From: Nitrososphaeria archaeon
Lineage (GTDB): Archaea; Thermoproteota; Nitrososphaeria; JACIWG01
Direction of reading: 5' to 3'
NCBI GenBank assembly: GCA_963752255.1
Contig: CAVVXT010000005.1
Location: 32,001-96,000, forward strand
Length of the DNA stretch: 64,000 bases
The notes beneath the pieces were generated by a model, which made no database searches, was not told the origin of the DNA, and saw only the letters and a list, made by a program, of their open reading frames with translations. Of the stretch, positions 52,210 to 63,685 are shown in pieces. The position numbers and the translations under genes are program-made. Each line of letters starts with the position of its first letter. The first letter of the stretch is position 1.

Positions 52210-52651
52210 ATTAATCTGTGGACACGGATGACTTGTCATAAACTTTGCCTCAAAATAAGGCCCTCTAACTACACCCAATTAATCTATGATCTTTGATCTA
52301 TGTGGGAAATTAATCTATTATTCATTCATCGAGGAGGAGCTCCATTTTAGGGAGGCTGCAAACTCTATATAGGCTTATTACCTAAATTCTAACAAGTAGA
52401 AAATATGTCGAATGCTCCACCCGACTTTCAGAAGTGGCTTGAGGAATATTTGGTTGATGTGTAGCGTGCGAATTCGGAGGCGAGTAGAGCATTCTTGTTT
52501 CTTGAATTTACAAGCATGAGCGACTATACCCTTTCCACTTTGTTTATCATATAAATGAGAGAAATAAGATACTTCCAACATCCTAAATATCATCATCCTT
52601 TAAATTATTTTATAGTAGGATATGTTATACGTTTTATTGTAGAATAGATAT

Positions 52652-55535
52652 ATGTCCACGAGATTGGTTTCTGAACCTGATTTTGTTGCGAATCGTCTTT
52701 TACCTAAGTTTAAGGAAGCAGCAGGCGTTCTCAATGTTCTAAGCCAGATTGACTATCATGTTGAGAAACGCATTAATGGTGACCGGGCTGACCTGGTTGC
52801 AGAGAGGGCTGGTAAGGGCCTTTTTGTGTTAGAGGCCAAGTATAAGAAGAAAGTGGGTAATATAGAAAGGGATATAGAACCAAGGGATCCAGAAGTCGTC
52901 AAACAAGCAGCAAACTATGCGACACTTGGCGGCTATCTGTATTATGGAACATGTAATCTGAAAAGAATAGTTCTTTTTCAAATGAAGCCTGGTGTCAAAG
53001 CATTTGAAAGTGAAGTAGCCTCCTTCGATTTTGATGAAAACCCAAAGTGGGCAGAGGATGTTCTAAAAATTGCCTTAGGTCTTGTTCCTGTCAAGGCTAA
53101 AGCGTTAGACGATTCGCTTGTAAGTGCTCTGCATGAAGCTTTCACAGACCTTTACATAGAATTTCTATCTTCGTTAAGAGAAAGATTAAAGAATGAAGTG
53201 TTCAAATCCAGATTTGAAGATTGGTTTGGAAATCAAGGAATTGAATATGGCGAGGAAAATGTTAGGAAGGTTGCAGAAGAAACTACATATCTACAGATAA
53301 ACAAATTACTTTTTTATTATGTCGTAAAGACAATTTATCCTGAAAGACTAAAGACCCTTGTTATAAATGAGAATGATGATGTCTACGAAGTTCTTAATGG
53401 GTACTATGATGATGTGAAGAAAATAGATTATGCCCCTATATATCAAAATGATGTTATAAGTGAAATACCTTTCACAGTAAGGACAAAAGAAAGGTTTAGA
53501 ACTCTTGTAGATACTCTAAGTGAATACGATTTTACAAAGATGGAAAGTGACTTTCTTGGGCGAGTTTATGAAAAACTGATTCCTCCACAGGAAAGGAAAA
53601 GGTTGGGCCAATTTTATACACCTCCTGAAATAGTTGATCTTATAGCAAAACTAACTATAATGGATAAAGAGGCAAAAGTTCTTGATCCAGCATGTGGTTC
53701 AGGCTCGTTTCTCGTTAGAGCATATCATAGATTAAGAGAACTAAATGGAATGCCAAGAGAAATATCTGGTCCTCTAACAGAAGAATTTCACAAAAGACTC
53801 ATTGATCAAGTCTATGGTATAGACATAAACCAATTTCCAGCACACTTATCAGTTATAAATCTGGTTATACAAAATCCAAAGGCCAAGATAGATACCGTAA
53901 ATGTAGTTGTTAAAGATTTCTTTGATGTCAGGCCACGCCAGGTAACTTTCACAGGCTTCGACAGTATGACAGCTGAAGGTGAAAAGACTATTATAAAAAT
54001 GCCTTATACATTTGATGTTATAGTTGCTAATCCCCCGTATATACGCCAAGAACTGCTTGGGGATAAAGAGAAGGAGAAAATATTTAGTTTGATAGAGAAG
54101 GAATTTAAGGACAAAGTTTTCATAGGCAAGGCAGGAAGATCAGGGGCTATCTCATTAGATAGAACAAGTGATATCTACATCTTTTTCTATATTCATTCTA
54201 TAAACTTCCTCAACAAAGGAGGAAAGCTCGGTTTCATATCTTCAAACAAATGGCTTGAAGTGGGATACGGCGAATCATTTCAGGAATTTCTACTCCAAAA
54301 CGTGAAAATATCCTTTATAATCGAATTTGACAGAGCCGTTTTCCCTGACGCTGAAGTAAATACGACGGTGACCATCCTTCAAAAGGAACCAGATTCCACG
54401 CAAAGGAACAACAACGTTGTTAGATTTGTTAGATTAAAGAAAAGAATGGACGTAACAGAATTGCAGGAACTATTAGAATTAGAGAAAGACATCGAGAACA
54501 GAAATGTGAGGCTTACAACCATTCAACAAAGATACCTTAATCCTGGCAAGTGGAATACATATCTCCGAGCACCTGTAGTATTCAAGAAGATCATTGAAAA
54601 TACTAAAGTGCAATCTCTATCGGTAATCGCAGACGTTTTTAGGGGACCAACTACAGGCTACAATGACTACTTTATTCTGTCAAAGGAAAAGGTAAAAGAA
54701 TGGAATATAGAGCCAGAATTTTTGGTTCCTTGCATTTCATCACCTAAAAAAGTTAAAGGTTTAATCATAGATCTTAAAGACATTACAGAATATTTTTTTG
54801 TATGTAGCAAACCGAAAGATGAACTTAAAGAAACAAATGCACTAAAATATGTAGAATTTGGCGAGCATTTTGAAGTAGATGTAACACGTGGTTCGAAAAA
54901 AGGGAGAAAAAGACTACCTCAACTTGAAACTATTAAATCTCGCCAAATCTGGTATAATCTAAACAAGCCAAAGAATACACCAATACTTTTCCAATACATG
55001 ATAGATGAAAAATCAAGAGCCTTCTTGGAATAAAGGAGGAGTGCATGCCCCAAACATCATGCATTATGTGATACCTAAAAACTTGGGAGATGTTTTACCA
55101 CTATTAGGCTATTTCAATTCATGCGTAGGCTCACTAATGGTCGAGTTATATGGCCGTTCATATGGCGGAGGAGTTCTTAAAATAGAAGTTTACGAACTCA
55201 AGGGCCTTCCAACAATAGATCCTACCTGCCTTAAAAAAGAAGAAAAAGCAAAAATAGGTAACGCCTTTTTAAAATTAGCAGAAGCGATAAATAAAAGGAT
55301 TAAAGTAGAGAAAGAGTTAGAATCAGCAAAGTCAAAAACTGGAAAAGAGAAAGGCCTATTTGAAGGCGAAGCCAAACAAAGACTTGAATTAGCAATTGGA
55401 ATTGAAAAGAAAAGTCAAAAGGAACTTGATAACCTTGTTTATAATGTCCTTGGGCTCTCAGAAAAGGAAAGATTACAGGTAGAAGAAGGGCTTACAGAAT
55501 TGCAGGAACTACGAAAGTCACGAACTCAAGTATAA
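52652..55535 (+). CDS. Type IIG restriction-modification enzyme (REase-N6 MTase-TRD; frameshift near 55026)
   Basis: RADLV..VLEAK nuclease, GQFYTP, LDPACGSGSF, NPPYIRQE, YGRSYGGG.LKIE in ORF 55005..55535. Confidence 0.88.
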
Positions 55536-55561
55536 ATCTAACTTCTCCCATTGCCTTTTTT

Positions 55562-56428
55562 GTGGCTTTTCCTATGATCTCAGAAATTGGACATGTTGTG
55601 TTTGCCCACGTAATAGCTAATCCTCCCTCATTGCAAAGGCATAGCAGTATAGATCTGACTCTTACTAATTCAAAGGGACGTGTAAGGCTGGTTAAGGTGG
55701 GAGAAGGTTTACAGACTAAATATTCTTTGACCGTTACCGATCCATCGTCATTAGGTCTACCTTCCTTTGGACGGCGTAATGTTGAACTGTTTATAGGCGA
55801 CGTTGTCCTCGCCTGTAATCTTGCCCTGAGGCAGACGGCTCTGTCAACAATTAAATATGCTCCGAGCCAAGCTGACGTCAAATATCAGCGGCCAAGAAAA
55901 GTTACAGTAGAAAATAGACCAGAAGGACAGCATATTACATTTACTGATACACATCACCGGAACGAGTCGGTCTATTTTGCGCAACCATTTTCTGAGGCGA
56001 TAGATGAGGATCAAATACTGTCAAATTTAATGTTGGTAAACAAGACGGACAGGCACAGGTTATCGACAGACCATAAAATGGAATTAGTTAATCTTGTGAA
56101 GTCACTTGGAGAATTTGAAAATGCTATGTCCGTCTTTGATAGGTTAGCGATTTTCAAGCATCTCTTTAACTCCCTTGAATTAGCAACCAACTGGGATGGA
56201 AAGGATCGTAGGGGTAAAACTTTTGACGTTGAAGCGGCAAATCTCTCGAGCGTTCCAGAGTCGGATATATCTGTTTGGAGAGATTTCTATAATAGGACAA
56301 AGCACGTTGACAGTACATCAGACGATACAACAAAATTTGTGAAAGGTATAGAAAACTTGCCCGATATTCTTATGCCTCTGAGGTCAGCCACAGAAGCAGG
56401 TATAATAAAACGGTTAAACTCTATATGA
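55562..56428 (+). CDS. Hypothetical protein, ApeA/MauJ-like HEPN candidate
   Basis: Beta-rich N-terminus; FKHLFNSLELA followed by WRDFYNRTKH. Confidence 0.5.
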   Translation: MAFPMISEIGHVVFAHVIANPPSLQRHSSIDLTLTNSKGRVRLVKVGEGLQTKYSLTVTDPSSLGLPSFGRRNVELFIGDVVLACNLALRQTALSTIKYAPSQADVKYQRPRKVTVENRPEGQHITFTDTHHRNESVYFAQPFSEAIDEDQILSNLMLVNKTDRHRLSTDHKMELVNLVKSLGEFENAMSVFDRLAIFKHLFNSLELATNWDGKDRRGKTFDVEAANLSSVPESDISVWRDFYNRTKHVDSTSDDTTKFVKGIENLPDILMPLRSATEAGIIKRLNSI

Positions 56429-56635
56429 GAGAAAGAGTACATGAGGATATGTTAAGACTGAGAGTATGAAGCATGAGCTGGATGATATAAAAGATTTATT
56501 GTTTAGACTGCTTGCAGACAAGAGCTCTTAACTTTTTTTATACATAAGATCTTTCTCAAAACTCTTGAATAATCTATGATTTATGATACAATATCTCTTT
56601 AATATGAACAAAAGAGTTAATACACAGACTTTGAT

Positions 56636-56911
56636 ATGAAAATTATAGAGGAAACATTAGGTGGTACCATGTCATTTGAGAACTATTCTCTGGTAAAAGA
56701 GGGTGAACTACCTTTTAGGGTTCGCAAAGATGTAATAAAACATCTAAGCATTGGTTTATATAGTAATTTTGCACGTGCTATAAAAGAACTTGTTAAGTAT
56801 CCAACGTCGCTACTAATACTTTTTAGTTACATTGTTTTTTTCATTAGTATTTATGATTTTTTTATATCTATATTATCAGGTGGTCCAACAGCTAGGTTTA
56901 GAAGGGAATAA
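56636..56911 (+). pseudogene. Truncated N-terminus of a GHKL/MORC ATPase
   Basis: VIKHLSIGLYSNFARAIKELV matches VLESLGINLYSNVPAVLSEVV of 61575; homology ends abruptly. Confidence 0.75.
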
Positions 56912-56944
56912 ATGGATTGTATTGATCAAGAAGGGTAGCAAAGA

Positions 56945-57490
56945 ATGTCGTCGAATTTAATTGACCTTTCAACTGTTCTGAGCATTGTCGCAGTTATCCT
57001 TGGTCTACTAGTCATATTGCCCTACTTCATAAACAGATTATGCTATAAACCCAATTTGAGTATCTGTGTTCACTGTTGGGATGGTTCACAAGATACAATT
57101 CCAAGGAGTGGAGGAGACATCCAGATTTCGATACATGCAAAGAACAAGCAAAGAGTAGTAGTGGAAAGCGCGTCGGTCAGTATTCCACAGGCATTCAAGT
57201 CTCAAAATCTCCTGCCATTTTTAGTTGGAGGAGATAAAATCCCTCCACACACAAGTGGTGCCCCAACACACCTGATTGCGTCACCATGGCCGCAGACCAT
57301 AGGAGGTCCAGACAGGCTTGTTGGATCCGCTACGTTCTGGTGCTGCGTAAAGGACGAAAATGCATCTGAATTGGTAATGAACGTCACAATCCGTGCTCAT
57401 ATCTATCAAGGCGACTTACCCACTCTCATAGATATGCACACCCCACAGACTAGAGAATACCCCTTTTCACAAACCTTTCGGATTCAATAA
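56945..57490 (+). CDS. Single-pass membrane-anchored hypothetical protein
   Basis: N-terminal TM followed by beta-rich domain. Confidence 0.7.
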   Translation: MSSNLIDLSTVLSIVAVILGLLVILPYFINRLCYKPNLSICVHCWDGSQDTIPRSGGDIQISIHAKNKQRVVVESASVSIPQAFKSQNLLPFLVGGDKIPPHTSGAPTHLIASPWPQTIGGPDRLVGSATFWCCVKDENASELVMNVTIRAHIYQGDLPTLIDMHTPQTREYPFSQTFRIQ

Positions 57491-57678
57491 GTTAAGAAGT
57501 GATTTGTCCATCCCGACATTTGCAACAGGGAGAATTTTGTTAGGCTATCCCCCCAAGATGCAACAGCCCTGAATCCTAGATACAAAAATTGACAGGAATT
57601 ATCCATAAAAATTTGACAGAGCCGAACAGGTTGTTAAACTTTAAGAAAAAGTTCAGATAAGTAACGGAACAGAATTGC

Positions 57679-58062
57679 ATGAATGTACAATCAGGTGGAT
57701 TAGTCGCACAATTTATTGCAGGTCTGATAGCTGGAATTTTGGTACTTGTAGGTGAGTTAGAAGTTTTTGCTGCTTCTTTAATAGCATATGCCTTTTCAAA
57801 AGCTATGCAAACATTGCCAACTACTACATTCTCAATATATATTTTTCTATTCATAATTGTGGACATCATGCAAAACTTTCTTGTCGGATTTGCGTCTCCA
57901 ACAGCGTTCGCAATCGGTTTTCTCTTTGGTGATTTATTGCTCTTACTATTTATTGCTGTTCCATTATGGGCAATAGTGCCATCGATAGTTATAGGTATGA
58001 TAGGTGCGCTCATTACCGTTGTAGCTGGATTAATCTTCAGAAGAATTGGCACGCGTACTTAA
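57679..58062 (+). CDS. Small multi-TM membrane protein
   Basis: Almost entirely hydrophobic 127-aa ORF. Confidence 0.7.
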   Translation: MNVQSGGLVAQFIAGLIAGILVLVGELEVFAASLIAYAFSKAMQTLPTTTFSIYIFLFIIVDIMQNFLVGFASPTAFAIGFLFGDLLLLLFIAVPLWAIVPSIVIGMIGALITVVAGLIFRRIGTRT

Positions 58063-58632
58063 TAACTCCTAAAGCAGGAGCGTCTTTTCAAAGTTGATAG
58101 GTTTTTTAAATCTTGCTTTAGAGGGAAGATCCCCCTCCAGTTTAAGGCCTCGACAGCAGGGTGTAAACTGCGAAATAGTGCAGGTTAAGGGTTTAAAGAG
58201 GGTTTAAACCGCTTGTCTGCCTGAGCTTGGAGTTATTTTAACAGGATTTCCACCTTAATTAATCGGGGAATCGAACAAGGTAAACTTGATCCACTAGTTA
58301 ACTATCAATGCCTTTCCTTCAACTCCTTATACTAATGAGGTAATATCGATTGTTGTTGGTGGGTTATTGGGAAAGTTCGATATATAGCCATATTAATTTT
58401 CTATGTATTATGCAATGTTTTAATCAAAGTGCGTTTACTCATCAAATGCTAAAGGGTGAACCGTTCCTCAAAGACTATTTACTACAGTATTCGTGGGTAA
58501 CACAGATTTATGTCTACTATTATAGAGATGTATACCGCAAAAATATGAACGAGCTTGAGATAGATAGGCTTTCGAAGAAAACCATTCATCTATAATCTTA
58601 TAAACCAGCATAGAGCAAGAATCTTTAGGCGT

Positions 58633-59691
58633 GTGCATCACCAATTGGTGAATCCAGAACATCTCAAGGTCGTGCTCGGAGGATGCAGTTCTATTGCAGA
58701 ATGGAAGAAAATCCATCCAGACGAGAAACTAGATCTTGCTAACGTCAAACTTCCCTCAGCTGACCTTTATGAAGCTGATCTTTCTTATGCTGATCTTTCT
58801 TACGCTTATCTTTCTCTTGCTGATCTTTCTGTTGCTAATCTTACCGATGCTAATCTTTCCCACGCTGATCTTTCTGTTGCTAATCTTACCGATGCTAATC
58901 TTTCCCACGCTGATCTTACCGATGCTGACCTTTCTGTTGCTAATCTTTCTTATGCTAATCTTTCGCAAGCTGTCCTTAAAGGAGCATCACTTTCAGAAAC
59001 TAGTCTTGTTAGGACCAGTCTGGACGACGCGAATTTTTCTGAGGCAGTAATGGATGGTGCAATCTTGGCAGGTATCAATCTAGCCAAAGCTGATGGGCTT
59101 AAGGCAATTATTCACGGTGGGCCAAGTAGTGTAGGAGTAGACACAATGATAGAGTCTTTCCGCTCCGCAGGTAATCGTTTTACACCTGAATTGGAAGCCT
59201 TCTTTCTTGGTACGGGCGTGCCGAAAGAGCTTCTTGATAGTATTCCCAAAATCATAGGCGAAGTAAAGTATTGCCCTACTTATATTGCGTATGGGCAACC
59301 AGATGTTAATTTTGCAAGGAGATTGAAGTCTGACTTAACAACGAATGATGTCTCTTGCTGGCTATATGACACCGACAAAACAGCTGGTGAGAGAACTTGG
59401 AAGGAAATTAGACATGAAATGCAAAGGGCTGAAAAGGTGATCGTACTCTGTTCTGCTAAAGCGTTAGTTAGAGATGGTTTGCTTAAAGAGATAGAGGAGC
59501 AGATAGACAGAGATCGGGACAAGCTAATTGCTGTTTCTTTAGACGACTTGTGGAAACAAGATGGGTTCCATGTAACGAGGGGAAGCAGGAACCTGAAGCC
59601 TGACCTTATGAATAAGAACTGGGTTGACTTTATTCACAACTCGACTTATGACCATTCCCTAAATGAATTATTAAAGGGACTAAGAAGATAA
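58633..59691 (+). CDS. Pentapeptide-repeat + TIR domain protein
   Basis: A(D/N)L(S/T)x repeats; TYIAYGQPD..FARRL, CWLYD, VIVLCS, LLKEIE, LIAVSLDD. Confidence 0.88.
   Translation: MHHQLVNPEHLKVVLGGCSSIAEWKKIHPDEKLDLANVKLPSADLYEADLSYADLSYAYLSLADLSVANLTDANLSHADLSVANLTDANLSHADLTDADLSVANLSYANLSQAVLKGASLSETSLVRTSLDDANFSEAVMDGAILAGINLAKADGLKAIIHGGPSSVGVDTMIESFRSAGNRFTPELEAFFLGTGVPKELLDSIPKIIGEVKYCPTYIAYGQPDVNFARRLKSDLTTNDVSCWLYDTDKTAGERTWKEIRHEMQRAEKVIVLCSAKALVRDGLLKEIEEQIDRDRDKLIAVSLDDLWKQDGFHVTRGSRNLKPDLMNKNWVDFIHNSTYDHSLNELLKGLRR
58819..58908 (+). repeat. Perfect 45-bp tandem duplication within pentapeptide repeats
   Basis: GCTGATCTTTCTGTTGCTAATCTTACCGATGCTAATCTTTCCCAC x2. Confidence 0.9.
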
Positions 59692-60087
59692 ATAGTGAAC
59701 AGAGATGTTTGCATATCAGGGACTCGAACCCATTTAAGTATTAGGATTAAGAAGTTTGAATACATCATAAATCATAATATATTTTCAAATTGTTATTTTT
59801 TAGAATGTTTTGGAATGTCGTCAGATTAAAAGAAAGAATTCGGTCATAAAGCAAACATCGTAAACTTCTCCTCGTGCATAAATTCTGAGTTTTTCTCTGT
59901 CCATAAACGATAGATTTCTTTTCCTTTTTCTTCTTGGTCCTTTGGAACCAGTCCTTTTGTGTTTTTAACAAGCAGTAAATTGGGTGTGACAACCAACGAA
60001 GTTGTTGCGCTTGAACGATAAATGATAACCAAATAAAAACATATTTAAACTATGTTAGTTGATTAAATCATAACGTGGTAGAATTTA

Positions 60088-61591
60088 ATGAATGATAGTA
60101 GAGGATTTTCTTCCGCTAACCCACTTATAATGACGGAAAAACCCTCAAAAGAGATTTCAGACAGAATGAGGAAGGTCAGAAGCAAGGGAACTAAGATCGA
60201 AAAGACGACGGAACTTTTGCTAAAACAGATTTTCCTCGAATATGAAAAACAACCAAAAATGATCGGACACCCAGACTTCATATTAAAAACCGAAAAAATC
60301 GCTATTTTTTGTGACAGCGCTTTCTGGCATGGTCGGAGAACCAAGAAACAACATTTCAAACGTAATCGGCAATTTTGGGAACATAAGATCAAAGAAAACC
60401 GATTGAGAGACAGAAGGAACAACCAGACCCTATCGAAACTAGGTTGGAATGTATTGCGTTTTTGGGATGAGGATATTCTCAAAAAACCAAGTTACGTTAC
60501 TAGAACGATATTAAGACAAGTAAGTCCCCCTCCAGAAAAACGTCTAGCCGCAGTAGAATTGTTTTGTGGGGTTGGTGGAATGGCTCATGGTTTCTTCTTA
60601 GAAGGGATTGATGTAGTTGCAGGATTCGATGTAGACAAAACTTGCAAGTATGCTTTTGAGAAAAATAATTCTACCACATTCATAGAGAAAAACGTTAGCA
60701 TGTTAGGCGGCCAAGAAATCAAAAGGTTATACCCCAAAGAATCTGTTAAAATACTTGTGGGCTGTGCACCGTGCCAACCGTTTTCCACCTACACAAACGC
60801 GAAGAAAGGAAACTCCGATAAATGGAAACTCCTTTACGAGTTCTCTCGAATAGTAAACGAAGTCCATCCAGACATAGTTTCAATGGAAAATGTTCCCGGA
60901 CTAATCTCATACGGAAAAGGTAAATTCTTTCAGGATTTCTTAGAAAATCTTAGGCAACAAGGTTATCATGTATGGCATCACGTCATAAATTGCCCAGAAT
61001 ATGGAATTCCTCAAAGAAGACGGAGACTAGTTTTGCTGGCCTCTTTATTCGGTGACATAAACATAATCCAAAAAACACACCCTGCTGGGAAATACTCTGA
61101 CAGTACGTGATGCAATCGGAGATTTAGAGCCTATATCCGCAGGAAGCTCAAGCATCAAAGACCCATTACACAGAGCTCGAAATCTTACCCCTAAGAACAT
61201 GCTTAGAATAAGGTCAACTCCCCAAGGTGGAGACTGGAGTTCTTGGCCAAAAGAATTGATGCTTGAATGCCACAAAAAAGACAGTGGAAAATCCTTTGGC
61301 AGTGTATACGGAAGAATGAGTTGGGATGAGCTCAGTCCAACCATTACTACTGAATTTATCGGTCTTGGCAACGGCAGATTCGGTCATCCTGTGCAGGATC
61401 GTGCAATATCTCTAAGGGAAGCTGCGCTTTTACAAACTTTTCCAGTGTACTATGACTTTCTTGATCCTAATGCGGCATTCTGTTCAAGAAGAATCGCTCA
61501 GCATATAGGCAATGCAGTTCCGGTTAGGTTGGGACAAGTGATAGCGGAAAGCATTAAACAACATGTGAGGGGATTTGATGGAAAACAGTGA
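60088..61591 (+). CDS. Vsr endonuclease fused to C5-cytosine DNA methyltransferase (frameshift near 61096)
   Basis: RMRKVRSKGT, GHPDF, FCDSAFWHG, RFWD (Vsr); ELFCGVGG, APCQPFS, ENV, QRRRR, then REAALLQTFP, IGNAVP in 61199..61591. Confidence 0.88.
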
Positions 61592-63554
61592 AAAATACAC
61601 ACTTACGATTAGCTTGAACGTTCTTGAAAGCTTGGGTATAAACCTGTATAGTAACGTTCCAGCAGTTCTCTCAGAAGTCGTTGCAAATTCTTGGGATGCA
61701 GACGCAGAAGAAGTAAGAATAACGTTGAATACTCAACTTGGCGAAATTACCATCGAAGACAACGGAAAAGGTATGACCGCACGAGATATGAACGAAAAAT
61801 ATTTGAAAGTGGGTTATCACAGACGGGAATACGAAGAAACGCTTACTCCAAAACATATGCGTCACGTCTTTGGAAGAAAGGGAATAGGAAAACTTGCTTT
61901 ATTTTCTATTGCAAACAAAGTGGAGGTACAAAGCGTAAAAGAAAATAACGAAGTTTTGGAAAAAAGTGGTTTCATCATGGACGCTCACGATATAGAGGAG
62001 CATATCAAACGGGAAAGTGGCCAAAACCCTGACAAAAATCGATCATCTGATTATCATCCTATTGCAGTTGATCCAGAGAAGATCACCTTTGATAAGGGAA
62101 CTAAAATCATTCTGAAGGAATTGAAGAAAGAAATATTCAATCTCGGCAGCGCTTTGAAAAGAAGGTTGGCAAGACGCTTCAGTATAATAGGAGAAGAACA
62201 TGATTTCGCGGTTTTCGTTGATGGTCAACAAATCACGGTAGATGATAGAGATTATTTGAAAAAGCTTCAATACATCTGGTTAATAGGCGGAGAAAATGAG
62301 GATCTTCTCAAAGATTGTAAAAACTTGATACAACATGGAAAAATTGATGGGTTAATTGACGAAAAAGAAGATTACAAAGTAACTGGATGGGTTGGCACTT
62401 TAGACGAACAAAAAAGCGTAGAAGAAGGTAGCAATACCGTCGTTGTCTATGCTTGGGGAAAACTCATTCATGAGGATATTTTGAAAGACGTAAAAGAAGG
62501 AGGCGTGTTTTCTAAGTATCTCATTGGCGAACTTCGTGCAGACTTTCTTGATTACGATGGAAAACCAGACATCTCAACCACTGGTCGTCAAATGGTCAAG
62601 GAAGATGATGTTCGCTTTATTATACTCAAGAATTTCTTTAGGGAAAAAATTCTATCTGCAATCCATTCAAAATGGGAACCTTGGCGCAAAGAAATTGCTG
62701 TAAAAAAGGCGCTTGAAAATGAAAAAATCAAAGAATGGTTTGAAACTCTGTCGCCTGATAAGAAAAAGTTTGCTGAAACCCTTTTTGCCAAGATTGAGTC
62801 AATTCCAGTTTCTAATCCCGATAGCAAGAAGGAGCTTTACAAACACGGAATAATTGCGTTCGAAACGCTAGCTCTCAAAGATAGACTTAGCGTACTTAAT
62901 GAAATTAAATCAGATAAAGAGTTCCAAGTACTTCAAACAATAATGGGTCAAATTGATTCTCTAGAAGCGATTCTTTACTCAGATATCGTAAGAGGAAGAA
63001 TTACCGTTCTTACAAAATTTGCTAGTATCGCAACTAGCGAAAAAGAAAAGATAATTCAAAAATACCTATTTGAACATTTATGGTTACTTGATTCTTCATG
63101 GGAAAGAGCTAGTACAAACCAGCGGATGGAGGAAACTTTTAAAAAGGAGTTCAAGGCTGTAAAGTTTACAGAAGAAGAAAAGAAGGCACGGATCGATATT
63201 CGATACAAAACTGCGGCAGGAAAACATATAATAATAGAACTAAAGAAATATGATGCAAAAGTAAGTATTTCAGTTCTTTCTAGGCAGGTACAGAAGTATA
63301 AACTCATTCTTCAAAGATGTTTGAGAAAAGTATTTTTAAATACGCAGCAACCGCCATTCGAAATAATATGTGTTCTCGGATCTTGCCCAACCCCTCAAGA
63401 AGATGATGAAGCTAACCGGAGGTCACTAGGCGTACATAATGCTAGATATGTTACATATGATAGTCTGATTAATGATGCGATGGAAGGGTACAAAAGTTAC
63501 CTTGATAAGGAAAAGGAAGTCGAACGGATAAGAACGCTAATAAAAGATTTATGA
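61575..63554 (+). CDS. GHKL/MORC ATPase-containing restriction endonuclease (HgiDII/BbrUII-like)
   Basis: LYSN..LSEVVANSWDADA, EDNGKGM, GRKGIGK; C-terminal RIDI...IIIELKK PD-(D/E)xK. Confidence 0.85.
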   Translation: MMENSEKYTLTISLNVLESLGINLYSNVPAVLSEVVANSWDADAEEVRITLNTQLGEITIEDNGKGMTARDMNEKYLKVGYHRREYEETLTPKHMRHVFGRKGIGKLALFSIANKVEVQSVKENNEVLEKSGFIMDAHDIEEHIKRESGQNPDKNRSSDYHPIAVDPEKITFDKGTKIILKELKKEIFNLGSALKRRLARRFSIIGEEHDFAVFVDGQQITVDDRDYLKKLQYIWLIGGENEDLLKDCKNLIQHGKIDGLIDEKEDYKVTGWVGTLDEQKSVEEGSNTVVVYAWGKLIHEDILKDVKEGGVFSKYLIGELRADFLDYDGKPDISTTGRQMVKEDDVRFIILKNFFREKILSAIHSKWEPWRKEIAVKKALENEKIKEWFETLSPDKKKFAETLFAKIESIPVSNPDSKKELYKHGIIAFETLALKDRLSVLNEIKSDKEFQVLQTIMGQIDSLEAILYSDIVRGRITVLTKFASIATSEKEKIIQKYLFEHLWLLDSSWERASTNQRMEETFKKEFKAVKFTEEEKKARIDIRYKTAAGKHIIIELKKYDAKVSISVLSRQVQKYKLILQRCLRKVFLNTQQPPFEIICVLGSCPTPQEDDEANRRSLGVHNARYVTYDSLINDAMEGYKSYLDKEKEVERIRTLIKDL

Positions 63555-63685
63555 TCAATAGTGAACTATTTTAATTGGTCTTTTTGTGAGCCCTTTTATC
63601 ATGGTTCCATGCACAAACTTTTCTCGGCTATAGCGCGCGTAAATCTGAAATATTTACTGGATACTTTTCACCCAATTAATTAGGA

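Noticed and set aside
57576-58052. 158-aa antisense ORF
   Set aside because: Shadow of the hydrophobic membrane protein on the + strand
58756-59050. Repetitive ORFs 58736..59050 (+) and 58756..58968 (-), and possible CRISPR-like periodicity
   Set aside because: Alternate-frame shadows of the 15-bp pentapeptide codon repeat; no unique spacers, so not a CRISPR array
59765-60032. Two short minus-strand ORFs between TIR and Vsr genes
   Set aside because: No recognisable family; cannot support as genes
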